Source: Octopus sinensis
Taxonomy: Eukaryota
NCBI RefSeq assembly: GCF_006345805.1
Contig: NC_042998.1
Location: forward strand, 82,336,001 to 82,400,000
Direction of reading: 5' to 3'
Length of the DNA stretch: 64,000 nucleotides
Position 1 is the stretch's first letter. The number at the start of each line of letters is the position of its first letter. A program made the translations under genes and the position numbers. Positions 53,290-64,000 of the stretch are shown here, piece by piece. The notes beneath the pieces were generated by a model. That model searched no databases. It worked only from the letters and a program-made list of their open reading frames with translations, and had not been told where the DNA came from.

Positions 53290-55262
53290 ATGGTAACAAG
53301 AAAAAAGAAATTCGATCAAAAAGGATCATTAAAAAAAAGGCCGATCAATAGGGATCGTGTATCACAGAAATGTCATAACGTAAAAAGGGGAAACAGATTA
53401 GGTTTATCCGTGGAGAGAAAAGCCTACAGAAAGACCACGGTAACCTTGGGCAATAATGTCATGCAAAAAACACATTACAGTAAGTGACTCACTTTTTTCC
53501 TTTCTTTTTTTTGGTTCATAGGATTATGCTCAAGCTGGCTCTATCATTCACATGTGCCATCTTTGCTACATTCACCCATCTTTTTTTTGCAACATTCACT
53601 CGACAAAACTTCCATCTTTACTCTCACCTTCCTCTTCAAGTGATACTTGAAGAAGTTGATGAGAGATTCACCAGAGTGGAAAGTGCTTGTCTCTAGAACT
53701 TTCAGACGCGTCCACTATACACATTCTTTCGCCATAGCCACAAGTATTATAAAAATAGCTCTTCCTTCCCGTTTGAAGGAAGGAGGCGTGACGATATTGA
53801 CGATAGACTCGGCTGATAAACCGACTCGTCCCACACGTGACAGCAGTCGTTCGACATAAGCCCACAGGTCGGAAATGGTTGGACACTGCACAAGTGCGTG
53901 CAGAACGGTTTCGTCGCTCTGACCGCACTTCTGGCAGGTCGGACCCTGTTTCTCGAGCCATGCCTGTAGAACCTATCCCGAACGGATAGCGCTTCTCGAT
54001 AGCACTGCCAGGCCAGGGATCTGTGGAAGTTGTCCATAGGTCCCAGCCCGAAAGTCGTCATGAACAAGCAGGTCAGGTATTCCTCGTCGACGCCCAGGTT
54101 CGCCACGAGATCGTCGTCGTACTTCCCTCCACTATAGAATGCTTTAGTTGTGTTGAAGTCGCTCAAGGTCGACTCGGTACGGCATAGTTGCTCGAGAGCA
54201 ACGCGACACTCTCGGTGCCATTCGCCCTTCCTCGGCCTCTTTTGATCCACGACTGCAGTTCAGTCATGGAGACGAGCTGCGGAAAAGCGCGCCTCACAAA
54301 CGGTAACCACATCTGTTCACCGTCATCTATGTAGAGCGGATGTCACAGTTTCAGCGCATGCCCAGCCCTCCTTTTAACGGATGTTGGCAGCAAACGGATC
54401 GCCTGACCACCGGAACGCATCCTTTCCACAAGGAGCGGAAGAGAATGCGTTCTAGCTTGGTGATGGTAGGGTCGGGACAAGGCACAATGGTCAGGCGGTA
54501 GTAGATGACTGACAAGATGTACGTGTTCTCCACCTCCACCCGAACTTTTAGGCTCAGCTTCCTCTCGACCCATTTCCGAGTGCGAGTGACCACCCTACAC
54601 GTTATCTCGTTGGAGGTCTCCGTTTGGAGGTCCTGACCAAACCACACTCCGAGCAACTCGACCGGACCGTCGGTCCAGTGTTCCACGACAGAGGCGCTGG
54701 TGGACGGCATGGGCTTGCTTCTCCAGGTGCCAAGCCGCAAGTCCACTGATTTTCCTGGTTGATTTTCGCCCCTGTTACCGCTTCGTCGTCTTTTAGTGTC
54801 TCGTCTACCAGCTCGATTGCTTCTAGCTAGACACTATGACAGTGACTTCGTCCGCGTATGCAGGCACGTTCGTCCAGCATCACAATTCTCGCGGGATGCC
54901 CTTCAGCGTCGCCAGCTTCTGCAGTAGTGGCTCGAGAGTCACTACGTATAGAAGCGACGAGAGGGGGCATCCCTGTCGGGGACCGAACGTGCAATGTCGA
55001 AAGGTCTCGATAGATGTGAATTTACGCGAATTACCGAACGGATACCTCTGTACAAAGCAGCTATCCAGCCGCGGAAGACGGGACCGAAACCAGCCGCTAT
55101 GTGGACAGCCTCCAAGTATCGATGGTCTACCCTATCGAAAGCTTTGGATTGATCCAAATTGATCACGGTCCTCACCCATGCCAGCTTCCTTAACTACCCT
55201 GTCAATGATGTAGCGCATCAGGTGATGGTTGTCATGGATGCTGCGGACCGGCACGGCGCACG
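53290..55262 (-). mobile_element. L1-clade (Tx1-like) LINE ORF2 remnant, 5'-truncated, with 3' UTR
   Basis: INLDQSKAFDRVDHRYL...GFGPVFRGWI; PAYADEVTV; VELLGVWFG; KLERILFRSLWKG...HPLKGGLGM; C-terminal INFFKYHLKRKVRV...RWVNVA. Multiple frameshifts. Confidence 0.9.
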
Positions 55263-55334
55263 TTTGCGCTTTGTCGACCAGTTTCTCTATGACAAGCGCC
55301 AACCTTCTGGCTTAGGTCTATCCAACCTTAGATG

Positions 55335-55337
55335 GAT

Positions 55338-55368
<31 letters not shown>

Positions 55369-55424
55369 TAGATTGACAGACAGTTGGATAGATAGACACA
55401 GAGACAGAGAGACAGACAGATGTT

Positions 55425-55520
<96 letters not shown>

Positions 55521-55569
55521 CAGACGGACATACAGATAGATATACAGATATACAGAAAGACAGGTAGAC

Positions 55570-55632
<63 letters not shown>
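55335..55632. repeat. (GACA)n/(GATA)n microsatellite
   Basis: Direct inspection. Confidence 0.98.
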
Positions 55633-55633
<1 letters not shown>

Positions 55634-55796
55634 TACAAATGAAATTTTAATAATAATTCACAAGTAGTAGTACAATATTCTGCTGTTGATCTTATAAGTG
55701 GATGAAATGAGAAATAAAACAGAATATTTGAACTAAAATTCCGAAGTTATGCATTGAGAAAGAAGTTTTTGCAGGATGATAGTTTAACTCAGAAAT

Positions 55797-56194
55797 AATC
55801 TTTTCTACTTTGATCGCAAGTCCCGAAATTTTGGTGGAGGAGACCAGTCAATTAGATCAACCCCAGTACGCACCTGGTACTTAATTTATCGACCCCGAAA
55901 AGATGAAAAGCAAAGTCGACCTCGACGGAATTTGAACTCAGAATCTAAACACAGACGAAATACCTATTTCTTTACTATTCACAAGGGGCTAAACACAGAG
56001 AAGACAAACAAGTACAGACAAACGGATTAAGTCGATTACACCGACCCCAGGGCGTCACTGGTACTTAATTTATCGACCACGAAAGGATGAAATGTAAAGT
56101 CGACCTCGGCGGAATTTGAACTCAGAACGCAGCCTCGGACGAAATATGGCTATGCATTTCGCCCGGCGTGCTCACGTTTCTGCCAGCTCGCCGC
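55797..56194 (-). mobile_element. Dimeric Meta-like SINE, full length
   Basis: Same head-domain-tail1-domain-tail2 layout as 52112-52517. Confidence 0.88.
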
Positions 56195-56453
56195 GTTTTT
56201 AATTTAGAAATAATGATAACTGAGTTTTTAAAGGAAACGTAGATATCGCAATTCAATAGTAAGAAAGCAACTGCAGTTTCAGTTTGGTGTAAGATATATG
56301 GTTTAATGCGATACAAATTCGGTTGCAATATAACTGGCTCTGAACCAATCATGTAAAACATATCTACAAAGCTATATTTCTGTCAATAAAATATATTTCC
56401 CTTGTCATGTTAGCTCCCTAGCTGGATTCTAACAAGTATACGTATATCAAATA

Positions 56454-56512
<59 letters not shown>

Positions 56513-57180
56513 CTATTTACCTATCTATCTATCTATCTATCTATCTACCTATCAATCTATCTCTCAATCTATCTCTCTATCTATCTATCTACCTACCTAT
56601 CTATCTATCTATCTATTTATTTGTCTGTCTATCTATCCTTCTTTGTCACCATCTTACCTTCAATGTCGTCTTAGAATACAAAACTGTGTTACTTACTTTG
56701 AGTGAGTATTTCATATGGACACGTGGTGCATGACAGTACTCTCATATCGCTGACAAGAAACCATCTACTACGGCCACGGGAACTTCCAGACCATGTGATT
56801 TCCCTCTGATTTTGCTCTTCAGTTACAGGCATCCGGTCGTGTTATAACAGCTGGATCTCGCGTCAAAGACATATAGAATACCGCTGTTTATTTTGCCACA
56901 TATAAACTGCAGTTGAAGGGTTTCGTGCAAATGTCTATTTGTCTGTATATTTCTTTGCTGTTTTTATATATTGATCTTAATCAATTATTTTAATCGTCCT
57001 GAAGAAATGTAAGAGATACTTAACCTCGGCAGAATGTGAAGATAAAACTTAAAGACTTAAAACAAATAACGCAAAGCTTATATTTCGGCTCCCAAGAGAT
57101 TTTCTCAATCCAACGATCTTATAGGCTTTCTTCATAAGCACGCGTTAAGCTAATAAATACCAGATTTTTGCAAGATACAG

Positions 57181-57530
57181 AAATAATTTATTCTCAAACG
57201 CATTATAATGCTAATACAATAGCCTGAACAGAAAGAATGTTACCGGCCAGCCATGAGACTTGAACTCACATCTTTGTGATTAGGCGTCAAGTACTTTACC
57301 TCTAAGGTAAACTGCCCATTAACGAATTAAAGCCTGATTTATAAATCCTAAAATTTCAGAACAATTCGTTATTGGGCAGTTTAACGTAAAGATAATAGTG
57401 TAATCACAGGAATGTAAGTTCGAGTCTCATAGCTGGCCGGTAATGATTCTTTATTTTTCTGCAATATATGGATAGTTTATCTTGTTAGCGCTATTGTATT
57501 AGCATTATCATGCGTTTTTGAATTAATTAT
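57181..57530. mobile_element. Foldback/MITE-like element whose arms contain tRNA-like sequence
   Basis: Arms at about 57181-57330 and 57364-57530 are imperfect reverse complements, e.g. TACCGGCCAGCCATGAGACTTGAACT vs AGTTCGAGTCTCATAGCTGGCCGGTA. Confidence 0.75.
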
Positions 57531-57834
57531 TTCAGTATCTTTCAATACATCTCAACGCTTCTAAAGCATACTTTGTTTGTTTACTTTCATCGTAACTAGA
57601 ACATTGCATATTTTGAAGTTCAAGATGCAGTATCTAAGCTGTTTCATATATCTTTGCATCTAAGTTTTATTTATATTCAGGTTTGCTCAGAAGAGCGAAC
57701 TATTTCATTCCAACGGTCTGCTTCTTTTTGCTTAGATATTTCACGTGAGTCGTTTTCGGTATTTCTTATGACGTCACTGTGATCTGCAACAGTGTAATTC
57801 TTATGATGTGCCACATGTACAATTTATTTTCTTC

Positions 57835-58225
57835 TTTTTCTTTTATTCTTTTACTTGTTGCAGTCATTTGAAGGCGATCATGCTGGAGCACCGCTTTTAG
57901 TCGAATAAATCGATCCCCAGGACTTATTCTATGTGAGCCTAGTACCTGTTCTATCGGTCGCTTTTGCCGAACCGCTAAGTTACGGGGACGCAGAAGCACC
58001 AACACCGGTTCTCAAGTGATAGTGGAGGGGACAAACACAGACGCACAAACATATACATACATGCATATATATATATATATACGACGGGCTTCTTTCAGTT
58101 TCCGTCTACCAAATCACTCACAATGCTATAATAGAAGACACTTGCCCAAGGCGCCACGCAGTGGCACTGAACTCGTAACCATGAGGTTGGGAAGCAAGCT
58201 TCTTACCATATAGCCACTCCTGTGC
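57835..58225 (-). mobile_element. CORE-like SINE, full length
   Basis: Same family as 29510-29916. Confidence 0.88.
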
Positions 58226-58779
58226 ATAAGTGCAATTTATACCTGCATAGGGTTTATTTTCTGAAATACAGGAACATCGCTTAGAAATTCTCTAATTAGA
58301 CAGTAGCTGTTCCATACTTTCTATATAGCATGCTTGATTTTAAGTGTCTTTGTTCCATATCAACTCTACGTATTTTTGATCAACGTAAACAATGAAGGTT
58401 TCATAACAGAATGTATAAATTTCTGCTCTAAAATAATACGAGATTTTCACAGCTAAAATGCATTTCACCAATGTTTTCTTTTTTTCTCGATCGGCGTTTA
58501 ATTGTGCTAAAGAACAAACACTAAGTCTTACTCTAATCAATACATATTTCAGGTTCTCAGTCATTGAAAAGTTAAATTACATCATCCGTATCAGAATCGA
58601 CAAATCTTCAGACTTCCCAATCCAATCTAAAGATCCCTGTTATTGTTTTTCTATAAGTGCTATAATCTTCATATCCCCAAATCTCTAGAATCATATTGTA
58701 CTAGAAAATTTTCAGTCACACACATACATCATATATGTGTGTGTGTTTGTGTGTTTGTGTGTGTGTATGTTTGTGTGTT

Positions 58780-58855
<76 letters not shown>

Positions 58856-59511
58856 TGTGTGTGTGTGTGTATGTATATTATATATATTACATTGACAGAC
58901 AGACGGATGGACGGACAGATGAAGGGACGGATGGATAGACAGATGGATGGACGGACGGGTAGACGGACGGACGGGTGGACGGAAGGACAGATGGATGGAC
59001 AGAGAAACAGACGGGCATACAGGCAGACAGACAGACGGGCACAAAGATAGACAGATAGATAGATAGATTTTTGTATATGCATGTATATATGTATATGTAA
59101 GTGAATGTATTTATGTTCCAATTACTGGATCACTTTTATGCACCTAGGAAGATTAAAGTGAACGTTGGGACTGTATTTGGTAAGGGGGTCATAGGCTAGG
59201 GTAGATTTGTATGCTTCTTTGAAACAATTCCTTTCATTTAGTCAATTGTATGCTTGTATTTCTAGAGACGAAAACAACTGAACCTGTACTTTATAGCTAC
59301 TACCGAAAACTTATGAATATTGTATGTACTTAAAGCTTTGCAATACACAGTGGAAATGTTACTGATTAGAAACCTAATTCATTTAGTGTAATTATGTATA
59401 AATGAGTACATTATTTTGTAAAAAGAAAAAGAAACGCACCTATTCAAGAAAATTAGATACGAGTCAAAATTTATTTTAGGTTCAGTAATATTTTTAGTTC
59501 ATATCTATTAA

Positions 59512-59621
59512 CCCTTTGAGCCCTGACCTCACGAACCTCATTTTACTATATATCTGGGACTCCACTGGTGCTACGGTTTAGAAGGGTCCTACAGTACAGA
59601 GAAAAATACGGGCTCAAAGGG
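59512..59621. mobile_element. piggyBac-type MITE (110 bp)
   Basis: TTAA (59508-59511), CCCTTTGAGCCC ... GGGCTCAAAGGG, TTAA (59622-59625): perfect 12-bp TIR starting CCC with a TTAA TSD. Confidence 0.85.
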
Positions 59622-60199
59622 TTAAGCATCAATTCAACCGACTTCTGCACTGCTTTGACGCAACACATCTGTGAGTCAGTATTGCCATTACACGCAGACG
59701 AATGTCAGTAACTTTTTAAAACAATTTGAAATATAGTGAATATAAGCGATTGTATTTATTCGTGAGCATTGATACATACATGCATGCATATAATTATATA
59801 CGTGTATGTAAATGTGTGCGTATGTGTGTGTCTGAGTCCGTGTGTGTGTGTGTGTGTGTGTATGTGTGTGTGTGTGTGTACGAGTATGTGCGCGCGCGCG
59901 AGCGTTTATATACCAATTCATTTTCCGAAGTAGAAAAGTTAATGGCACAGGAACAAATGTGTTGTCGCATGAAAACCAGAGGGACTGATGATCACCATCG
60001 AATAGACAAGATGACATTGAAAGATTGTAATGGAAAGACATAGCATTTTGGCTAGCGGCCTGATTAGTTCACAACAGTTGTTTGATTTCGTGATTAAGAT
60101 AATGTATGGAGCCATTTGGAGTGGCAAGCAATGACACTGGTTACATTAGATGTAGCATGAAAAACTAGATGTGTGGAATTATATCATCTGGAGAGTTAC

Positions 60200-61520
60200 A
60201 GGATGAATTGAAATAAAGAGAAGATGCTAACACAGAGACAGTTTATCGTCATTTTTGTTCATTGTCTACAAGGTAACTTTAACTACTGATTATACGAAAA
60301 ACGAGAAAACGAGTACTGTGCATGATTTAGAGGAAAATGCGGACCAAAAAACATCATCTATTGTCCATAGATATTTTTCATTCACATGGACAATACAACG
60401 ATGACATATTTGCCCTCGGAAAATCTGCTGAAATGCTCAACAAATATATGAATGGATTTCTAGATTATGATTTAATAGGGTTTATGTTTTATAGGAAAAA
60501 AATTTTTGAAATCGGTTGGAGAAGTGATGGGAGACGTGGAGAATAGAAGATACGAAGTTATAACCACACTGGAAACAGTTAAGAGGAAAGAAACTGAAGT
60601 GAAGATAACATATGAGGAAACGAATATTTTGGAAAGTTGGAATTAAGATACAAATCAAATTGATAAAATGGATTATAGTAATAATCACGTAAGTTGTATG
60701 GATGATGAAGTACATATCTGAGATTATCAGATAAAGCAAAGAAGGGATTAGAAAACTAGATGCTAAAATATGAAAAGTAATGGCTACTTCATCTAAAAAA
60801 AGTGATACCAGTAAAATACATGTTCCCAGCACCGGAGTGTGAAAATAATCAACAAGCTACAAAAATTGTATAAAAAGTAAAAACTTATCTTGTCTGATAT
60901 TTAAAGAATGGTGTATGCTGTCTGGTGGAAATAAAGCGTAATATCCTACAAATTGAAAGCTGAACTAAAAAGAATGATAGAAGTGACAAAAATAAATGGC
61001 GGGACGCATTAATGAATGGCCTATTTATTCCAGACAGGGTAAATGGAATACATTATTAAATATTATTGGAATGAATTGGAAGACTAAAGCTTTAATAGAT
61101 GTAGGACAAGAGCAACCCCTAAGAAGTAATTAAGTGAAATATGACAGATAATACAATAGTCACCGTTTTGTTGGCATTGTGAAATGAAAGAAGAAAGAGT
61201 CCGCTATACTGTAAGTGCAGTACATTTGCAGGAAAGAAATTCAAAAGTGACAGGATAGCAGTACCTGGACAGTGCAATAGACGTTGTGCGAAACATAAGC
61301 TAAACAGAATAAAATTTTGCATGAGTTGGCACCTGACCCAATAAAAGTATCAAATATAATAAAGATACTTTTAGAATTGAACATCTAATATGATGCGGGG
61401 ATGTACTGAGATAAGACCTGATATTGTTATTGTTGAAAAGAAAAACATCTTGTTGGAGAATTGATGCATCATCACAATTCGAGAAAAGAGAAATCTGAAA
61501 AATGTTGGGTATGAACAAGT
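60200..61520 (+). mobile_element. R4/Dong-like RLE-type non-LTR retrotransposon remnant, highly degraded
   Basis: YNDDIFALGKS (RT motif 5), VGQEQPLRSN (cf. AAQEQALRTN), CWHC zinc-finger remnant, IRPDIVIVEK (RLE PD motif). Confidence 0.65.
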
Positions 61521-61616
61521 CCGAAAATCATTTATGCGCATTGTTCCCTAACCATATGTGTTTGTCTATCTTCGCTCTTCGCATGTCTGCGTAAATATAT
61601 GCAAGCATGTATACGC

Positions 61617-61654
<38 letters not shown>

Positions 61655-61658
61655 TATA

Positions 61659-61703
<45 letters not shown>

Positions 61704-61704
61704 A

Positions 61705-61736
<32 letters not shown>

Positions 61737-61748
61737 ATTATATATATA

Positions 61749-61781
<33 letters not shown>

Positions 61782-61953
61782 GGTTAGTAATAGGTTAGGC
61801 GAGTTATTGGTTGGAATAACCGTCTAAGGGATTAGAATATCCGTTTTTACTACCGGTATAAATTTCGTATGTTAACCCTGCGCATGCATATTATGGTCAT
61901 CGGATACGGGCAATAACAAATTAAACGAAAGTTTACAAGGAATGATATTTAGA

Positions 61954-62451
61954 TTAAGCAGAAAATGAAGAAAATTCTAGATCAACAAACAAATTGACTA
62001 CCATCGATTAGTATTTCTTAATACACAACTTTATCATTTCTAACAGCCGTTTCTGCTTCCAATATCCCTGAGTGCTGCCATAGAAAATTCTGGAAATAAT
62101 ATTCGTCATATTCTATAGCACATCTGATCTAGAACATCGAGCTTCCTCGTGTGAAGAAGAATAGAGAAAATAAAAGAAGAGAAGAGAAAAGCAAAGGGCC
62201 TCGAAATGAGGAAAGAAGGCTTAGTATATTTGTATCATAGCATTTATATTTTGTCTTTTTCTTCGCTCTCATGAAGCTCCATGTTCCAGATCGGATGTGC
62301 TATAGAATATGGCGAATATTATTCTCAGAATTGTCTTTAGAGGCGTTAACGGACATTGGAAGCAGAAACGGCTGTTAGACATAATAAAGTTTTGTATTAA
62401 AAAATAATAATCGATGGTAGTTAATATGTTGATCAAGAATTTTCTGCTTAA
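61954..62451. mobile_element. Long-TIR foldback/MITE-like element
   Basis: Arms of about 180-190 bp at 61954-62146 and 62273-62451 are imperfect reverse complements; both outer ends are TTAA; purine-rich spacer of about 125 bp. Confidence 0.75.
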
Positions 62452-62490
<39 letters not shown>

Positions 62491-63141
62491 TATATATATC
62501 TTGACCATATTGCACGAGGAGTTATAGGCGTTCAGTTCAAACTGGTCGTGTGCATACGTGTATATATATGTATGCATACGTTCGTATATGTAAGTATTGA
62601 TATGTTATATGTATATATATGTGTATTCATGTTACTATCTGTGTATATTCCACTCATGAGGCAAAGCATTTCTTATGCAAAACCAGAAATCCGGGATCTG
62701 GAATTATCCTGTAATTTTTTGCTAGTTCATCTTGTCCTTATGTCTTCTCTCCTGGTGCTGTATGAAAATTTAATGTGGTTTCAGAGTCAAGATTTTTGCT
62801 GCTATTTCCAGCGTGAGGTATCTCCTAGATACCCTCAATTATAATTTTAGATATATATACGTGTGTGTGTGTTCGTGTGTGTGTGTGTCTGTGTCTGTGT
62901 GTATGTGTGTGTGTTGAACCTCTGAACTCTACATTGTTTTTTCTCTTACCGTGTTTTTCATTCCTTCTCTATTTTCTCTCTTATTCCTTTCTGTCGAATA
63001 TCGTAAATTCGAAACCTGAAGCACTTTTCCATTTTTCGACCGTCATATTAGTATACCTGCTTGTTGTTCCTACATCTGTCCTTGTCTTTTATTTTATGTA
63101 AATTTGAACTGTATATATATATACAGATATATATATATATA

Positions 63142-63191
<50 letters not shown>

Positions 63192-63969
63192 CAGGGTGCT
63201 ATGGGTAACTTGTCACCATTTTCTGGTTTTTAATTTTGCGTTTGTATATTGTTTTTTATTTCGTCGACTACACAGTAGAGTAGGATCAGTTGGGCACCGT
63301 CTGTTAGTAGAACAGGACCATGATGCAGTTCAGTCTGTCAGAAATTTGGAAACGATATGCTGTACTGCTTGGGTGTCAATCTGAAGACATGTACCAACAG
63401 GGATAAAAATCGTACATCCAGTCAGTATCAAGGTGCTTGGAGTGATCACTAGTGGTTATGACTCCATTCATCTTCCCACACGGCCTAAGATTCAATACGG
63501 ATGCATATATCAAGTGTCTGGAAGTGGTAGTGCTGCCCAATGTCTGGCAACAGGATTCTGCACTATGGTACACAAGTAGGAAAAGCTAGTTATGGTTGTC
63601 TGACAATTTCTGCGACGTTACACCTAACATCTGGCAACCTAACTCCGCAGACTGTAACGCGCTTGATTGGTATGTGTGGGGCGCAGTTGAGCGAGAGACC
63701 AACAAAATCCTTGTAACACCAAAGATGAACTGAAGGCAAGGATTATGGCAGCATTCGCCAGCTTGAACAAGGAGTCGGTCCAGAAGAGTAGCAGGAGATT
63801 CCAAAGTCATCTAGATGCCGTGGTTGAAGCTAATGGCGATGTTATTGAATAAAGTTACGCTTTAGTATTTCAAGATACTTTTTTATGCAATTTTGGAAAA
63901 TATATCTGAGACGTCAGTGTTATTTTCAGTTTTGTGTAATTTAGGTGACAATTTGTTCACTGCACACTG
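63192..63969 (+). mobile_element. maT/DD37D-like Tc1-mariner element, internally deleted
   Basis: TA-CAGGGTGC...TTGTCACC / GGTGACAA...GCACACTG-TA termini. WQQDSA...WQPNSADCNALDWYVWG; I count 36 residues between the two Asp here, consistent with a decayed DD37D. Ends ...AVVEANGDVIE*. Confidence 0.85.
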
Positions 63970-64000
63970 TATGTGTGTGTGTGTACGAGTGTGTGTTTGT

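Noticed and set aside
56697-56832. Minus-strand ORF MPVTEEQNQREITW... ending at a GTAAGT donor
   Set aside because: Weak start context and no homology; compatible with chance.

Overview
Repeat-dense, AT-rich animal genomic DNA with no intact protein-coding gene that I can support. The dense (TA)n, (CA)n, (CATA)n and (GATA)n microsatellites and the tRNA-derived SINE families suggest an octopus (coleoid cephalopod); this is recognition from memory, not a database result. Almost every ORF in the track is a microsatellite read-through or a transposon remnant. Identifiable elements are: a Penelope-like retroelement (RT plus GIY-YIG); RTE, CR1/L2, L1/Tx1 and R4/Dong-like LINE remnants; a Gypsy RT/RNase H remnant; a full-length but dead D,D34D mariner; a maT-like element; a non-autonomous Helitron; several MITE or foldback elements; and many SINEs of at least three families. 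The most notable hidden features are: (1) minimal type I hammerhead ribozyme motifs with palindromic stem III, including a divergent pair at about 42.5-42.9 kb and an intact-core copy at 9.6-9.7 kb; (2) in-window evidence for SINE-LINE 3' tail sharing, with a stem-loop whose sequence differs but whose pairing is kept; (3) an apparent ORF1-only L1/Tx1-type retroposon; (4) a foldback element built from two inverted tRNA-like heads; (5) fold-back rearrangements nucleated at (TA)n tracts. A few short candidate host exons with good splice signals exist but cannot be assigned to a gene.
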